A DNA stretch of 64,000 nt, from the NCBI RefSeq assembly GCF_009834535.1, contig NC_045696.1, forward strand, positions 30,754,001-30,818,000, given 5' to 3'. This DNA comes from Camelus ferus. Lineage: Eukaryota. A program made the translations under genes and the position numbers. This document shows, piece after piece, positions 40,919 to 54,090 of the stretch. The notes under the pieces were generated by a model. It saw only the letters and a list, made by a program, of their open reading frames with translations. It had not been told where the DNA came from and did not search any database. Every line of letters starts with the position of its first letter. Position 1 is the stretch's first letter.

Positions 40919-43900
40919 TGGGCATATCTCAGAGATATTGTGTGATTCCAGACCACTGTAATAAAGCAAGCTTCTCAATCAAACAAATCACATGAATTGC
41001 TTGGCTTCCCAGTGCATATAAAATTTGGTTGTAGACTACACTATTGACTATGCAATAGAATTATGTATACAAAAACAATTAAAAAGTAATTAATTGCTAA
41101 AACATGATAACCATCATTTGAAATGTCAGTGAGTGTGCCTTCACCTTTTTGCTGGTGGAGAATCTGCCTTAATGTTGATGGCTGCTGATTGATCAGGATG
41201 GTGGTTGCTGAAGGTTGGGTGGCTGTGGCAATTTTTTAAATAAAACAATAAAATCTGCCTTATCAGTTGAATCTTCCTTTCATGGACAACTTCTCTATAG
41301 CATGTAATGCTGTTTGATAGTGTTTTTTTAATGGATAAATCTTAACAGTATAACTTTTTAAAACTTAAAATTTTTAGTTGAAGTATAGTCAGTTTACAAT
41401 GCTGTGTCAACTTCTAGTGTACAGCATGTTTCAGTCACATATATACATACATATATTCATTTTCATATTCTTTCTCATTATGGGTTACTGTAAGATATTG
41501 AATATAGTTCCCTGTGCTATACAGAAAAAATCTGTTGTTTATCTGTTTTATATATAGTAGTTAGTATATGCAAATCTCGAACTCCCAATTTATCTCTTCC
41601 CAACTCCTCCCCAGGTAACCATAAGTCTGTTTTCTGTATCTGTGAGTCTGTTTCTGTTTTGTAGATAAGTTCATTTGTGTCTTTTTTTTTTTTTTTTTTG
41701 AGATTCCACATATAAGTGATGTCATATGGTATTTTTCTTTCTCTTTCTGGCTTACTTCACTTAGAATGACGATCTCCAGGTTCATTCATGTTGCTGCAAA
41801 TGGCATTATTTTATTCTTTTTTATGGCTGAGTAGTAGTCCACTGTATAAATATACTGCTGCTGCTTTATCCAGTCATCTATCGATGGACATTTAGGTTGT
41901 TTCCATGTCTTGACTATTGTAAATAGTGCTGCTATAAATAGAGGTGCATGTGTCTTTTAGAATTAGGGTTCCCTCTAGATATATGCTCAAGGGTGGGATT
42001 GCTGGGTCATATGGTAAGTCTATTTTTAGTTTTTAAAGAAATCTCCATACTGTTTTCCACAGTGGCTGCACCAAACTACATTCCCACCAACAGTGTAGGA
42101 AGGTTTCCTTTTCTCTGCACCCTCTCCAGCATTTATCATATGGTATTTGTGGACTTTTTAATTATGGCCATTCTGACTGGTGTGAGGCGATACCTCATTG
42201 TAGTTTTGATTTGCTTTTATCTGATATTTAGCAATATTGAGCATTTTTTTCATGTGCCTATTGGCCATTTGTATGTCTTCATTGGAGAATTGCTTATTTA
42301 TGTCTTCTGCCCATTTTTGGATTGGGCTGTTTTTTTGTTATTAAGTTGTATGAGCTATAAACTTCTTTCAAAATTGGAGCCAATCCTCTCAAAGCCTTAG
42401 CTTTATCAACTAAGTTTACATAATATTCTAAATCCTTTGTTGTCATTTCAACAATCTGTATAGCATCTTCACCAGGAGTAGATTCCACCTCAGGAAGCCA
42501 TTTTCTTTGCTCTTCCATAAGAAGCAACTCCTCATCCTTTCAAGTTATATCATGAAATTGCAGCAATTCAGTCACATCTTCAAGCTCCATTACTAAATCT
42601 GGTTCTCTTGCTATTTACATCACATTTGTATTTATTGCCTCCACTGAAGTCTTAAACCCCTGAAAGTCACCGATGAGGGTTGGAATCAACTTTTTCGAAA
42701 CTCTAGCTAATGTTGATATTTTGACCTCTTCCCATGAATCACAGAGGTTTTTAATGGCATCTAGAATGATGAATCCTTTCCAGAAGGTTTTCAATTTTCT
42801 TTGCCCAGATTCATCAGACGAATAACTATGACAGCTATAGCCTTAAGAAATTTATTTTCCAGTTAGTAACACTCAAAAGTCAAAATTACTTCTTGATCTA
42901 TGGGCTGCAGAATGGATGTTGTGATAGGAGGCATGAAAACAACATTCAGCTCATTGTACATCTCCATCACAGCTCTTGGGTGACCAGGAGCATTGTCAAT
43001 GAGCAGTCATGTTTTGAAAGGAATCTTTTATTTTCTGAGCAATAGGTCTCCACAGTGGGCTTAACATATTCAGTGAACCATGTTGTAAACAGACGTGCTG
43101 TCATCTGGGCTTTGTTATTCCATTTATAGAACAGACAGTGTCAATTTAGCATAATTCTTAAGGGCCTTAGGCTTTTTAGAATAATAAAGGAGCATAAGCT
43201 TCAACTTAAAGTTACCAGCTGAATTAGCCCCTAACAAGAATGTCAGTCTGTTCTTTGAGACCTTAGAGCCAGACATTGACTTTTCCTCTCTGACTATTAA
43301 AGTCCTAAATGGTATGTTCTTCCAAAATAAGGCTATTCTATTGCCACTGAAAACCTGTTGTTTAGCGTAGCCACCTTCATTAATGATCTTGACTAGATCT
43401 TCTGGATAACTAGTTGCAGCTTCTACATCAGCACTTGATGCTTCTCCGTGCACTTTTATGTTATGGAGATGACTTCTTTCCTAACAACTTGTGACCCATC
43501 CTCTAGGAGCTTCAGACTTTTCTTCTGCAGCTTCCTCACCTCTCTCAGTTTTCATAGAATCGAAGAGTTACAGTCTTGCTCTGAATTAGATTTTAGTTTA
43601 AGGGAATATTGTGTCTGGATTGATCTTATACGCAGACCACTAGAACTTTCTCCATATCAGCAATAAGCCTGTTTCACTTTCTTATCACTTTTTGTCAATC
43701 TTATTATTGTTCACTGAAGTAACACTTTTACATTTCTTCAAGAACTTTCCCTCTGCATTCATGGCTTAGCTAACTGGCTCAGGAGGCCTAGCTTTCTGCC
43801 TGTCTTAGCTTACAACATGCCTTCCTTTCTAAGAATACTCATTTCTAGCTTTGGGTTTAAAGTGAGAGACATGGCATTCTTCCCTTCACTTGAACACCTA

Positions 43901-44330
43901 GAGTCCACTGGAGGGTTATTATTTGGCCTAATATCAATATCATTGTGTTTCAGGGAATAGGGAGGCCTGAGGAGAAGAAGAAATATGAAGGAATGGTGGG
44001 TTGGTAGAGCAGTCAGAATACACACACCATCTAGCAATTAAGTTTGCCATCTCATAAGGGCACAATATGTAGCACTGAAGACAATTACAATAGTAATATC
44101 AAAAATTAGTAATCACAGATGACCATGGCAAATGCAATAATATGGAAAAGTTTGAAATATTGAGAGAATTACCAAAATGTAACAGAGACAAGGAGGGAGT
44201 GAGCAATTGCTGTTGGGAAAATATTGTCAATTGACTTGCTTGATGCAGGTTGCCACAAATTTCAATTGGTGAAAAATGTAATATTTGTAAAGTGCAATAA
44301 AGCAAAGTGTAATACATCAAGGTATGCCTG
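40919..44330 (-). mobile_element. Full-length decayed Tigger1 (TcMar-Tigger/pogo) DNA transposon, interrupted by an L1
   Basis: TIR-like ends tgggcatatctc and caaggtatgcctg, each flanked by TA; about 2.4 kb once the insert is removed; transposase remnants [28 protein letters not shown] and [17 protein letters not shown] (43124-43453), and [34 protein letters not shown] (42294-42527). Confidence 0.96.
41360..42355 (-). mobile_element. 5'-truncated younger LINE-1 inserted in Tigger1
   Basis: Reverse-complement 3' UTR ttgaagtatagtcagtttacaat...gaatatagttccctgtgctatacag; ORF remnant MNLEIVILSEVSQKEKEKYHM; imperfect TSD tataacttttt / tataaacttcttt. Confidence 0.93.
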
Positions 44331-44694
44331 TAGACTGCAAATTCTATGACTGTTCATTGTATAAAATTAATAATATAACTAAAATATACAAAAGTGGATG
44401 GTATAAAAAGGTATGAAAATAGAAGTACCATTTCATTATTGAGAATCAATGGACATTCTGTTTAGCTATCAAAATAATAAAATCAAATCCTATCGGACCA
44501 CAGAACAGATAGAAAGATTCTAAGTATATTCACCCCCATGATACCAAAATAAACACAGATCATATAATGAAGTAAATCAAAGGAAGCATTAGAAAGAGAT
44601 AACATGACATTTAAGAAAAAGAGTTGAAGTTATACATACTATATAATTCTGAAGAGAGATGGGCTGCATTTCTTTCTTTAAAAAAGTAGATCTA

Positions 44695-45105
44695 TCAAGA
44701 CAGTGATATAGGTCATTCTCAACTTTAGTCCTCCTTCACAAGACGACCATCTATCAAGTATCCACAGACAAGACACCATTGTGAAAATCCTAGAACCTGG
44801 TGGAGTGGGCTAAAGCATTCCTATGGACCACAGAGATGAAGAAGGAGGACCACATTAGAAGGGTAAAAAAAAGTGGCTCTGCTCTGACCGCATCACTCCT
44901 CCCTTAGGCAGTCACAATGCTGCACTGAAAAGACCTCCCTGGGCTGAAGGATTCTCCAGTGGGGAAAAAGAGACCTGAAGGTGAACATTTAGCATTCTCC
45001 GTGTTTCAAGATGCTTTCCAGAGTCCCACTCAGGTCTTGCCTCACAAGAGTTACTGGGTTAATTTGCAGGGCTTGACAACTGGGGATAAGATAGAGACTG
45101 AAAAG
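44695..45105 (+). mobile_element. LINE-1 5' UTR-like fragment
   Basis: atcaagacagtgatataggtcattctcaacttt..tcctccttcacaag...acaagacacc.ttgtgaaaatcc.agaacc resembles an old L1M 5' end. Confidence 0.55.
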
Positions 45106-46128
45106 GCAAGTGACAAGGATTTTATGGATATGATACCAAAAACACAAGCAACAAGAGCAAAAATAAACAAATGGGACTATCTCAAACTTAAAAGCCTCTG
45201 CACAGCAAAAGAAATATCAACAAAATGAAAAGGCAACATACAGAATGAGAGACAACACTTGCAAACCATGTATCTGATAAGGTGTTAATATCCAAGTTAT
45301 ATAAGAAACCCATACAACTCAATAACAAAAAAATTCTGATTAAAAAATGAGTGAAGTATCTGAATTGACATCTTTCCAAAGAAAATATTCAAATGGGCGA
45401 TAAGTACAGGAAAAGATGCTCAACATCATAGATCATAAGGGAAATACAAATCAAGACCATAATGAGAAATCACCTTCACCTGTTAAAATGGCTATAATCA
45501 GAAAGACAAGATAACAAGTGCTGGAGAGAAGGTGGAGAAAAGGAAATATGAAATCCTTGTGCATTATTGGTATAATGTAAATTGGTGCAGGCACTATGGA
45601 AAACAGTATGCAGTTCTGTAAAACATTAAAACTAGAACTACCATATGATCCAGCAATTTCACTTCTGGACACATGTTGAAGGAAATTAAATTGCTATTTA
45701 AGGAGATACCTACACTCCCATGTTCACTGAAGCATTACATTCAAAGACCAAGACATGGAAACAACCTAAGTATCCATCAGCGGATGCATATATATAGAAA
45801 ATATAATAAGATATACATATAATGGAATATTATTCAGCCATAAAAGATGGAAATCTGCTGTTTGAAAAAAAAAGGATTAACCTTGAGGGCATTAGACTAA
45901 TTAAAATAAGTCAGAGAAAGACAAATACTGTATGGTCTCACTTTTATGTGAAATCTAAAAACAAAAAAGCAAACTCATAGAAACAGAGAGCAGATTGTTC
46001 TTCGCCAGGGGTGGAGAGTAGAAGTGTGAGGGAAATGGATGAAGGTGGTCAGAGGATACAAACTGCCATTTACAAGATGAATCATTTCTGGGGATGTAAC
46101 GTACAGCATGGTGGCTATAGCTTACAAT
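45106..46128 (+). mobile_element. LINE-1 (L1MA-like) ORF2 C-terminus and partial 3' UTR
   Basis: Peptide [32 protein letters not shown]; ctaccatatgatccagcaatttcacttctgg; gtacagcatggtggctatag. Confidence 0.92.
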
Positions 46129-47239
46129 CTGTCAGTAATCTTTTGAGCCTAGACAACAGTTTTTAGTTCTTTATTTATCATACCTGGGTTATTACAGACA
46201 TATAGTAAGTGTGTTTTGCAAACTTCTTTTCTGTACTTTCTAGTATTTAACAAACAGGAATATTTCATTGATTAGAAAAAGCGCATATATTATTCAAAAT
46301 ATTTTAATACTTTAATAACTGAAGAGATATATAGGAATATAAGAAGAAAACCCATCTCCCTTTAAATATTTAAGAAGTGTAGTATTGAGTTTTAATAAAA
46401 CCTTATCAAATGTGGGGCTGCTTATATCCATATATACTTTGAGAAAATTTTAAGAAGGTGATTTAGATGAATTATAAATCATACTATGGGTTTGGTATCT
46501 GAAAAGCATTCATTATGTTAATCTATCAACTTTATATAGGATTCTAACTTATGGATTGAAATATTTATGTTTGGAAATCATTGCTACCTAATTAATATTA
46601 TAGAGAATAAAACATACTATATTCTGAAACATCAAAACTTTTGTTTCAAAAGCTTATCACTGAAAGTTGTAATAGGGTCTCCATCTATTGGCTACTTTAG
46701 TTGACATAGATTATCTAAGGCATCACTGCCATTAAGTAGTTTAGTCAATCATAAGATCCAAGTTCCTGTATTAAGGTCTTAGTGAATAACGCCATTAAGT
46801 AGGAAATGGAAGAATAATTTGGTTGAAAGATTCTGAGCTCAGTTTTGTAAATGATGAATTTAAGAAACCCACTACTTATTTAAATAAATCTATCTAGGAG
46901 GAAGGTATAACTACACGGAATTTGAGGAGAGTTAAATAGGATTTTTTTGAATTATCAACATATTAAGCATATGGAAACCATAGGAATAGACAGAATCTCC
47001 CATAAAGTCTCTCAAAAACAACTACTTCTGGCCAAGTAGATAAAAAGGATAAGTTTCTCTTTGTAACTCTCTCATTTGAAAACATAAAACACTAAAGTTT
47101 ATTAATGTTTTATATCTAGAAAAGCTGATCAACAAAAATAATGGCAAATGTAAACTCTTTAAAAGATAAAGAATGACAATCCAATAACACTTGGCCAATG
47201 AGTCAGAGAAAAAAATGTAAGATTTTAAAATATTTTATA

Positions 47240-47650
47240 GTTTGTTGTGTTATAATTTATATATCATAAAGTTTAACCATTGTTAGTATACAATTTAGTG
47301 TTTTTTAAAGTAAGTTTATAGATATGCAAATATACTCCAGTTTAAGAACATTTTTATTATCCACAAAATGTCTCTCAAATTCATTTTTAATCAATCCCCA
47401 ATCACATCCTCCCAGTTGCGGGCAAACACTGATCTCTATAAATGTGTCTTTTCTAGACATTTCAAACAAAGTGGGCTCATAGAATATTTAATGTTTTTCA
47501 TCTACCTTTTCACTTAGAATGGAGTATTTTTTCTTTTTTTAAGTTTACCCATGCCAAGGAATGTATCAGCACTTTGTTTTTTTATATTGCCAAATGGTAT
47601 TCCATTGTATGCATTTATGAAAGTCTATTTATTCATGGGTTGAATAACAT
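47240..47650 (-). mobile_element. LINE-1 3' UTR fragment (L1MB-like)
   Basis: tataatttatatatcataaagtttaaccatt...tttctagacatttca...tattccattgtatg. Confidence 0.7.
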
Positions 47651-48369
47651 TTGATGTATCCTAAAGTAAATTTCAGGATCTGTTGGAACATTCTGCCTAA
47701 TCTACTAATATATAAGAAAAAAATTGCCCCACCACACTTCATTCATTAAAAAAGTAAAATTAGATTATTTAAAAGATACCTCAAATTTTAGAAAACTGGC
47801 TTTGCCTTTATCTTGGGTTTTCAAGATTGAAACACTGGATAAATAAACATCGTTTTTCTCTTCCCTTCTCTGAGTCTTCCTTTTGCCCATAAATTTCAAA
47901 GTCTATTAAATTCTTCCTTTTCTCTGTCTCAGACATTTGTCTCTCTTTCCATTTGAAATGTCACTTACGAGCCTAAGAACTAAACAATCATTTAGACACT
48001 CTTTATAGTAGAAAAGTACATTCTCTGTTTTTGGTCAGACACAAAGAATTCCTTCCACTTCCAGTAAGGAATTCTGCAGATAGAAGTGTTTATGACCTCA
48101 GGAATGTGTGTCCTATTTTGATCCCATTGCAATGGGATAGCAATGTGGGCAGTAATATCAAAATATTTCTTACTCTCTTGAATGTAGCTATTACTCCTTA
48201 ATATAACATAGACATCTATTTTAGCTATAAAACACTCCTGATCCAAAAAATATAAATCAGAGACTTTCTTTACACAAAATTTTAAACACACTGTCCTTCT
48301 GCTAATAAAATACCGTTTAGAATGTGTGACAAATGAACAGATAACATGCAAGTTTTTTTAAAAAGGCAA

Positions 48370-50170
48370 CATAAAGAAAGCTTAATATCAGAACAAAAAC
48401 ACCTAAACAATGTAAGGGCAATTTTATATTAGCAAGAGTTTCTATTGACAAGAATAAAAGAGTCAAGTATTTCTATGCACATAAATACATAAAAAATTAA
48501 ATATAAGAGGAAACTGACAGCAAAATCTTATATTGCAGATTTTACTGGATGTATCTTTGACAAATCAAATAATAAACAAAATGATTCTATACTTAAATAT
48601 ATACTTAAAATTTTGATAATGTATATAAAATACTCTGCCTTATCTACAGAAAATTCATTACAACTAGGACAACAAAAAGCCCATTTGTGTCCAAAAAATT
48701 TTAAAAAGTATTCTGCTTACATTCATTCGTTTTAATAAAATAATCAAAACAATATGTTTTAAAGAGATCATATAGATAAACAGACTAACAAACTTTGAAG
48801 GGAGAAAATCTTTTTATCATTCATGAAGTTAAAGTGGTATTCCTAATAAGAGTCATAACTTGTGAAGAAAATTGATTATGAAACATATGCATCAAATCAA
48901 ACTGATAGCAGTCAAACCTGCAATTAGAACCATATACATAGCCTAAAACACTTGGATTGTAAACTAAAAGAATTAATGTAGAAATTTCTGTTAAGTAAAA
49001 AACTGGAAAAAAAGATTATAAAACTAAGAAGGAAATTGAATAAAGTTAAGATTAAAATAAAATTAAGAAATTAGGAAACCAATCTTAGAATCTGCCTCTT
49101 AATAAATCCAAATATGATTCTAGGGGAATAAAAATAACAATTAATACCAAAAAACTGGTAAGTTTGATAATCAATAAGAGAAATTACAAACACAAACTTG
49201 AAAAGGAAAAATGGAATTTAAGAAAAAGGTAGAAAAGGTTTTGTTTGTGTTTATTTTTGTCTATAGTTTTTTTAAAATATATATTTATGCAACTTTATAA
49301 TAAAGTTTAAAATTTTATAAAACAAATTATTTTCTTGAAAAATGTAAGTTAAAATTGACTGTAAAAAGTAATGAGAAAAACTAGAGTAGGGCAAAAATTA
49401 TCAAAGACTTAGAATAAAGCTTTCAGTGTAATCAAGACAATTTTCCTATTGTGTTCCATTTATTTGATTTCAAATACTTCTGATAAATTCTGTCCTATGT
49501 TTTGAAAAACTTTTTAGAAGAAAAGTGCATAAAATATACGATGATGGAGTAATAAGCTAGATTTCTATGCTATACTGAAAAAAATTCTTAGATCTGTTTC
49601 AAATATAAATATGAATACAAATGAGAAATAAAATAGATTTAATTAATCAATAACTATTGATTAATGTGTACCATGGTCAGAAAGAGTTTACTATAGCAAT
49701 AGAATTGTTTAAGATCATAAAATATTTTAATATAATTTATCACATCATCTGCTCATAGGAGAATTACAATAAAATCGAAAGCATTCTAAATATATATTGG
49801 TTTTAGGTAAATATATCATTTACCTACATGTGTTAGCATTTTCTTTGGAAATACATTTTATTCATTTAATCTTAAATATATTTAAAATATTTGCAACAAT
49901 TTCCTTTTCTAGGAATTTATGTCTCATAAGTAAATAGTATTCTAAAAGCTGGTCATCAATTCATAATTTTAGAAAAGATAATATGGAATATATGACCTGT
50001 GATAGAAAATAATTTATTATTTTAGTATATCTGCTTGTAAACAGAATTGTATGAAGCCATTAAGAGTTATAACAATGCTACAAAAGAAGATTCAATGACA
50101 AAGGAACATGTTTGGTTTCCATAGCACAGAAATAGAGGCAGATCAGTGAACAGTATATGGTGCCATCTTT
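48370..50170 (+). mobile_element. Very decayed L1ME-like fragments
   Basis: A-rich strand with remnant motifs (aaattgactg, atataatttatcacatc, caatttccttttctaggaattta). Confidence 0.4.
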
Positions 50171-51364
50171 GCTACCTTTCATAAGTTAACAAGTGATGAA
50201 CTGTCTGCTGTAGACAAGGAGATGAGCAGAAAAGAATGAACAAACAAAAAGTCTGGTTCATGGTATTTTTTCCCTCAGTTTTTGATTATGCAATTTTAAT
50301 TTACTTATTTGCTTTCAAAAGATCGTATGTATTATTTCTAAGTTAGACAGTTTAAATGAGTATTTTTCATTGAGTACCTTAATAACCAACATAGGATAGC
50401 AACATAGTTATCAGTAAGAATGCAAAATGACACAAATTCAAAATGCAGTGCTACGTTATTAGCATTACTGATTCAGATTCTCTTATAGGCTGTACTTTAT
50501 AAGTTTCTACAAATGTAGATATATGCTATTTTATTATCACTTTCTGTAATGTTTTTTCCCTCTCAGCTCCACTGACAGAACTACCAAACCTCACAGCCTG
50601 CCATAAAGAAAATCGACATGTGTGAAAAAAAGCTAAACACTATCTACAAGTTTTCAGACCATGTTGCTGTGTTTAGCAAAGGATGTACTTTACAGAGATT
50701 TGATATAATAATGACAGCAGAAATCCTTATTTCAATGTTGATACTATTATAATTTGTTACATGATTCTAGAGTTTTGCCTGCCATGCCTCAAATTTTTCA
50801 TTTGACAATACTTCTCTGCAATATTCACAGTGTGACTGAGAAATTGGTATGTTTTCAGTTCCACAGAATAAAGTTGCATGTTTAACATATAATTGTCTAT
50901 TTTTTCTTTATTTTCATTTTAAATGCCTCATGTTTAGAAACTGTTTAGCTGTAAAATGGACTGTTTGTATAATCACTGCCTGTATGCTAGTATTCATTTT
51001 CCCTCGTTTTATTGCTCTCAGGATTAAATTCTCGTAGTCCCTGTCACAATTTAAATCCAAATTAAGCACTTTAAATTGTGAACAAGGGGTGTTATACAAA
51101 TGCAAATATTGGACTGAGAGATGGATTGCTACAGATCAGTCAATGAACATGAAGTCAACAGTTATTAACAGAAATTATGTTACAAACATGGAGAATGGTA
51201 AAAAAAAAATAAAATATCTCCAATACGTCTAAATCTAAAAATCAGTTACTGAAACACCCACCAAAACTGTATATTTGAAAAACAATAAAAACAAAAAATA
51301 TTTTTAAAAAGACAATTCGGGTTACAGAAAAGTTCATAGATACTTAATTTAAGCACTTGTTCTG

Positions 51365-51465
51365 AAAATAAAGTCACAGAGCAACAAGTATCTTGAACTT
51401 GGTTACCTGCTATTTACCAGCTGAATTAGAACTTAAACCTGGTCCCTGGTCATTCCAGCTTCCAA
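51365..51465 (-). mobile_element. MIR fragment
   Basis: aaagtcacagag..aagtatcttg..ggttac..gcta..agctgaatt.gaac..ggtc matches the reverse complement of the MIR core. Confidence 0.5.
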
Positions 51466-52629
51466 TTCAATATTTTCTTGGCAAAATACATTTAAATTTA
51501 GATAGACTAGGAGATAAAACAATTAAAATTCTAATATTTAAAACCACACAATATCATCAATGATATTATGAAAAGGGACTGAGATTTTTTTCCTTAAAAA
51601 ATGTGTTGCAATAAAATGTATTTGTGACATTCTCTCTTCTCCCACCGCGTCATCCCCTCTGTCTCCCCCAGATGTTTATTAGATGGAACTGGGTACTGCA
51701 CGCCAAGGAAAAAAAAAAGAAAGAAAAGCTTTGAAATATAGATATTAAACTTTTTCATTAAAAAAGGGACAAGGAGCAAATTGCTTTTTCACTGAAGTCT
51801 TCTAGGATCAGGACATTTAAATGTTTGAAATGGGGTGATAATCTTAAAAAAAAAAAACAAAACTCTGAGTAGCCTAAATTCTAATGAAGATATATCTAAT
51901 GTTTTGTATCCACAGTATTTAATTTAAAAATAATAGAACTACATCTTTCTCCTGATTAGCTTGTAATATATATGTTGGTTATAGTTGACTAGATTATAAT
52001 GGCTTCTCCTTAAGAGAAAATATTTACTAATGCAAAAGGTCACTTTCGGCTCAGTTTAAAGAATAATTTAATATTTGGAATGTTTGTATGTATGTATAAA
52101 ACACTCAACGTTGTACTTCTACTATACAGTCAGAATTAGTCCAGATTTTTCTCAACAAAAGGAGTCTTGTTCAATGAGCTCTCTTTCATTGTTTATTTCT
52201 ACCACTGTTTTTATTTTTCAGAGATTTAGGAATGTTGAGTATGAAATCAATGGAATATTGGTTTCAAATGATTTTGGATAACCTACTGCTCTGGTTTAAG
52301 AAGTTAGATTGGCTCAGCATGCTTTTCATATCATTTCTCTAAATGAATATGTGTTCCATTAGATTAGGAAATACATATGAGAAGTGTCACTAAAGCACTT
52401 AACTTCTCTGTTGAAGTTAAATTGCAATTATATTTTAAAGTTTTTTCTACAGTATTATTAAACACATTATGATACAGTAAGATTCCTTTATTATCCTAAT
52501 GTTTTTCCTTCCCATGCACTTAAAAAGTGGTGTGGCTGTGGAGATGCTTATGAGATCTGAAGGACAACCTGACAAAGCAGCATTCCAACACCAAACTCAA
52601 CAAAGTGTGGCAAAGGAAAGAGATAAAAA

Positions 52630-52847
52630 CCTAAGTTAGAATGTGAAATAGGTTTCTACTGAAGTCCGTTAGATTGCAGAGTGGGATCCCATGGGAAGAG
52701 GTAGAAGCTCTCTCACTGGGATCATTTAAAAATCTTTCTTAGAATATTTAAGCACACATTGCCTGGAACAATCTCATATTGGAACAGAGAGACAAGATGA
52801 CCTAGAAGTCTTTTGCTTTTCTAGCTTCTAATGTTTTATGATTCTGT
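52630..52847 (+). mobile_element. CR1/L3-like LINE (or MIR3) 3' end relic
   Basis: Ends gacaagatgacctagaagtc...ttctagcttctaatgttttatgattct, typical of the CR1 3' terminus. Confidence 0.5.
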
Positions 52848-53679
52848 ACATAGAAAAAATATATTAAAGTCTGAGATGCAGTTTCAGACAGCATTAAATT
52901 GTTTGTATAGTTTTATAATAGTGTACAGAAATGTCAGGTAGTGGTCTATAGGCAAAAATACTGCAGAAGAGTGTCCTGGAATTTACAAATGGATTATATT
53001 AACATACCAGTGCAAACTTCTGTTGAACTGAACCACTTTTTATTTTCATGTAGCCTAATGTGGTCCTCTAAAAACACATTACTAAAATTTATACTCAGTG
53101 TTTTGTGTTATGTGTATTGAACCTATGAAATATGCTGATAAAATTTTTATTAAAATCTAATCTATAAAATAAAAAGAAAATAAACTTCAGTTCCTCTTAT
53201 TGACACATACCTTCCAAAAGTGAGAAATGTCTTTGAAATATATTTAAAAATTACACATAAATATATGAGGAATTCTAATTTATTTATACTTTTCAAAATT
53301 AATATTATAACCTAATGTTAAATATAGCTCATTCCAAAAATATTGTCAAACTGTTGCATGCCTACCTCAAACTATCATTAATATGTACTTAACTCTGCTA
53401 TGGAAAATGTACTTACTGGACAAAGATATCCGCTGGGTTTGTTCTTAAGTGCTTCACTGTATGATTGCAAGTTGAAAAAAATCTAAAAAAAAAAAGATTT
53501 GAATAAAAAGCCTTACCTGAAAATAAAGAATAGCATTCTTTTTAAGAAGTTCATTTTAGGCAGAAGTGTTGGTTATCTTTAATAGTTCAAATTTGTTACA
53601 GTATAATACATATGGCTTTTTTTTGCTTTTTTTCAAAAGCTAGCATTAAAAAAGGTGACAAGGTGGGAACAACAAACAA

Positions 53680-54090
53680 ATTATAGATAAAAAGAGTTAA
53701 GGGAAACAAAACCAATAATATTAAGTATGTATATACCAAGAGTAATAGGTGAGACTCATTAATATTCAATTATGAATGAAATGAATGAATTAACTTAAAC
53801 ATACTTTCAGATTAGCAGAGAAATTTGAACAGAAACCAGATATTGGACATTGTTAGAAAATTGGTTATATTAAAAGATGTGTTTATGTTCTTGTTACATA
53901 GTGGGACTTCTATTGAAAAGCTGATATGGTGTCTGTGATTATTTTTAAATAATTTGTAGGTGGACACTAGCAAACTTATACAAGAAATAATGTTTTAATA
54001 TAGGTATGATTGTTTAAGTTGCATAATGGGTTCAAAGAAGTTCATGATGCTATTCCTTCCATATTTGTGTAAGCTTAGAAAACTTCATTT
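53680..54090 (+). mobile_element. Old L1 (L1MC4/L1ME-like) 3' UTR relic
   Basis: aaatttgaaca..cagatatt.gac, gtgtctgtgatt, gggttca.agaagttcat.atgctattc. Confidence 0.45.

Noticed and set aside
41948..42400. 150-aa + strand ORF
   Set aside because: Antisense reading of the L1 ORF2 3' region
43124..43453. TIGD1-like protein fragment as a domesticated transposase gene
   Set aside because: Part of a frameshifted, stop-containing Tigger1 fossil that retains its TIRs
47992..48351. 119-aa - strand ORF
   Set aside because: Non-ATG start, no recognisable homology; the length is plausible by chance
49642..49665. 11-bp perfect inverted repeat attaatcaata-ac-tattgattaat
   Set aside because: Short, AT-rich and within decayed L1-like sequence; expected by chance
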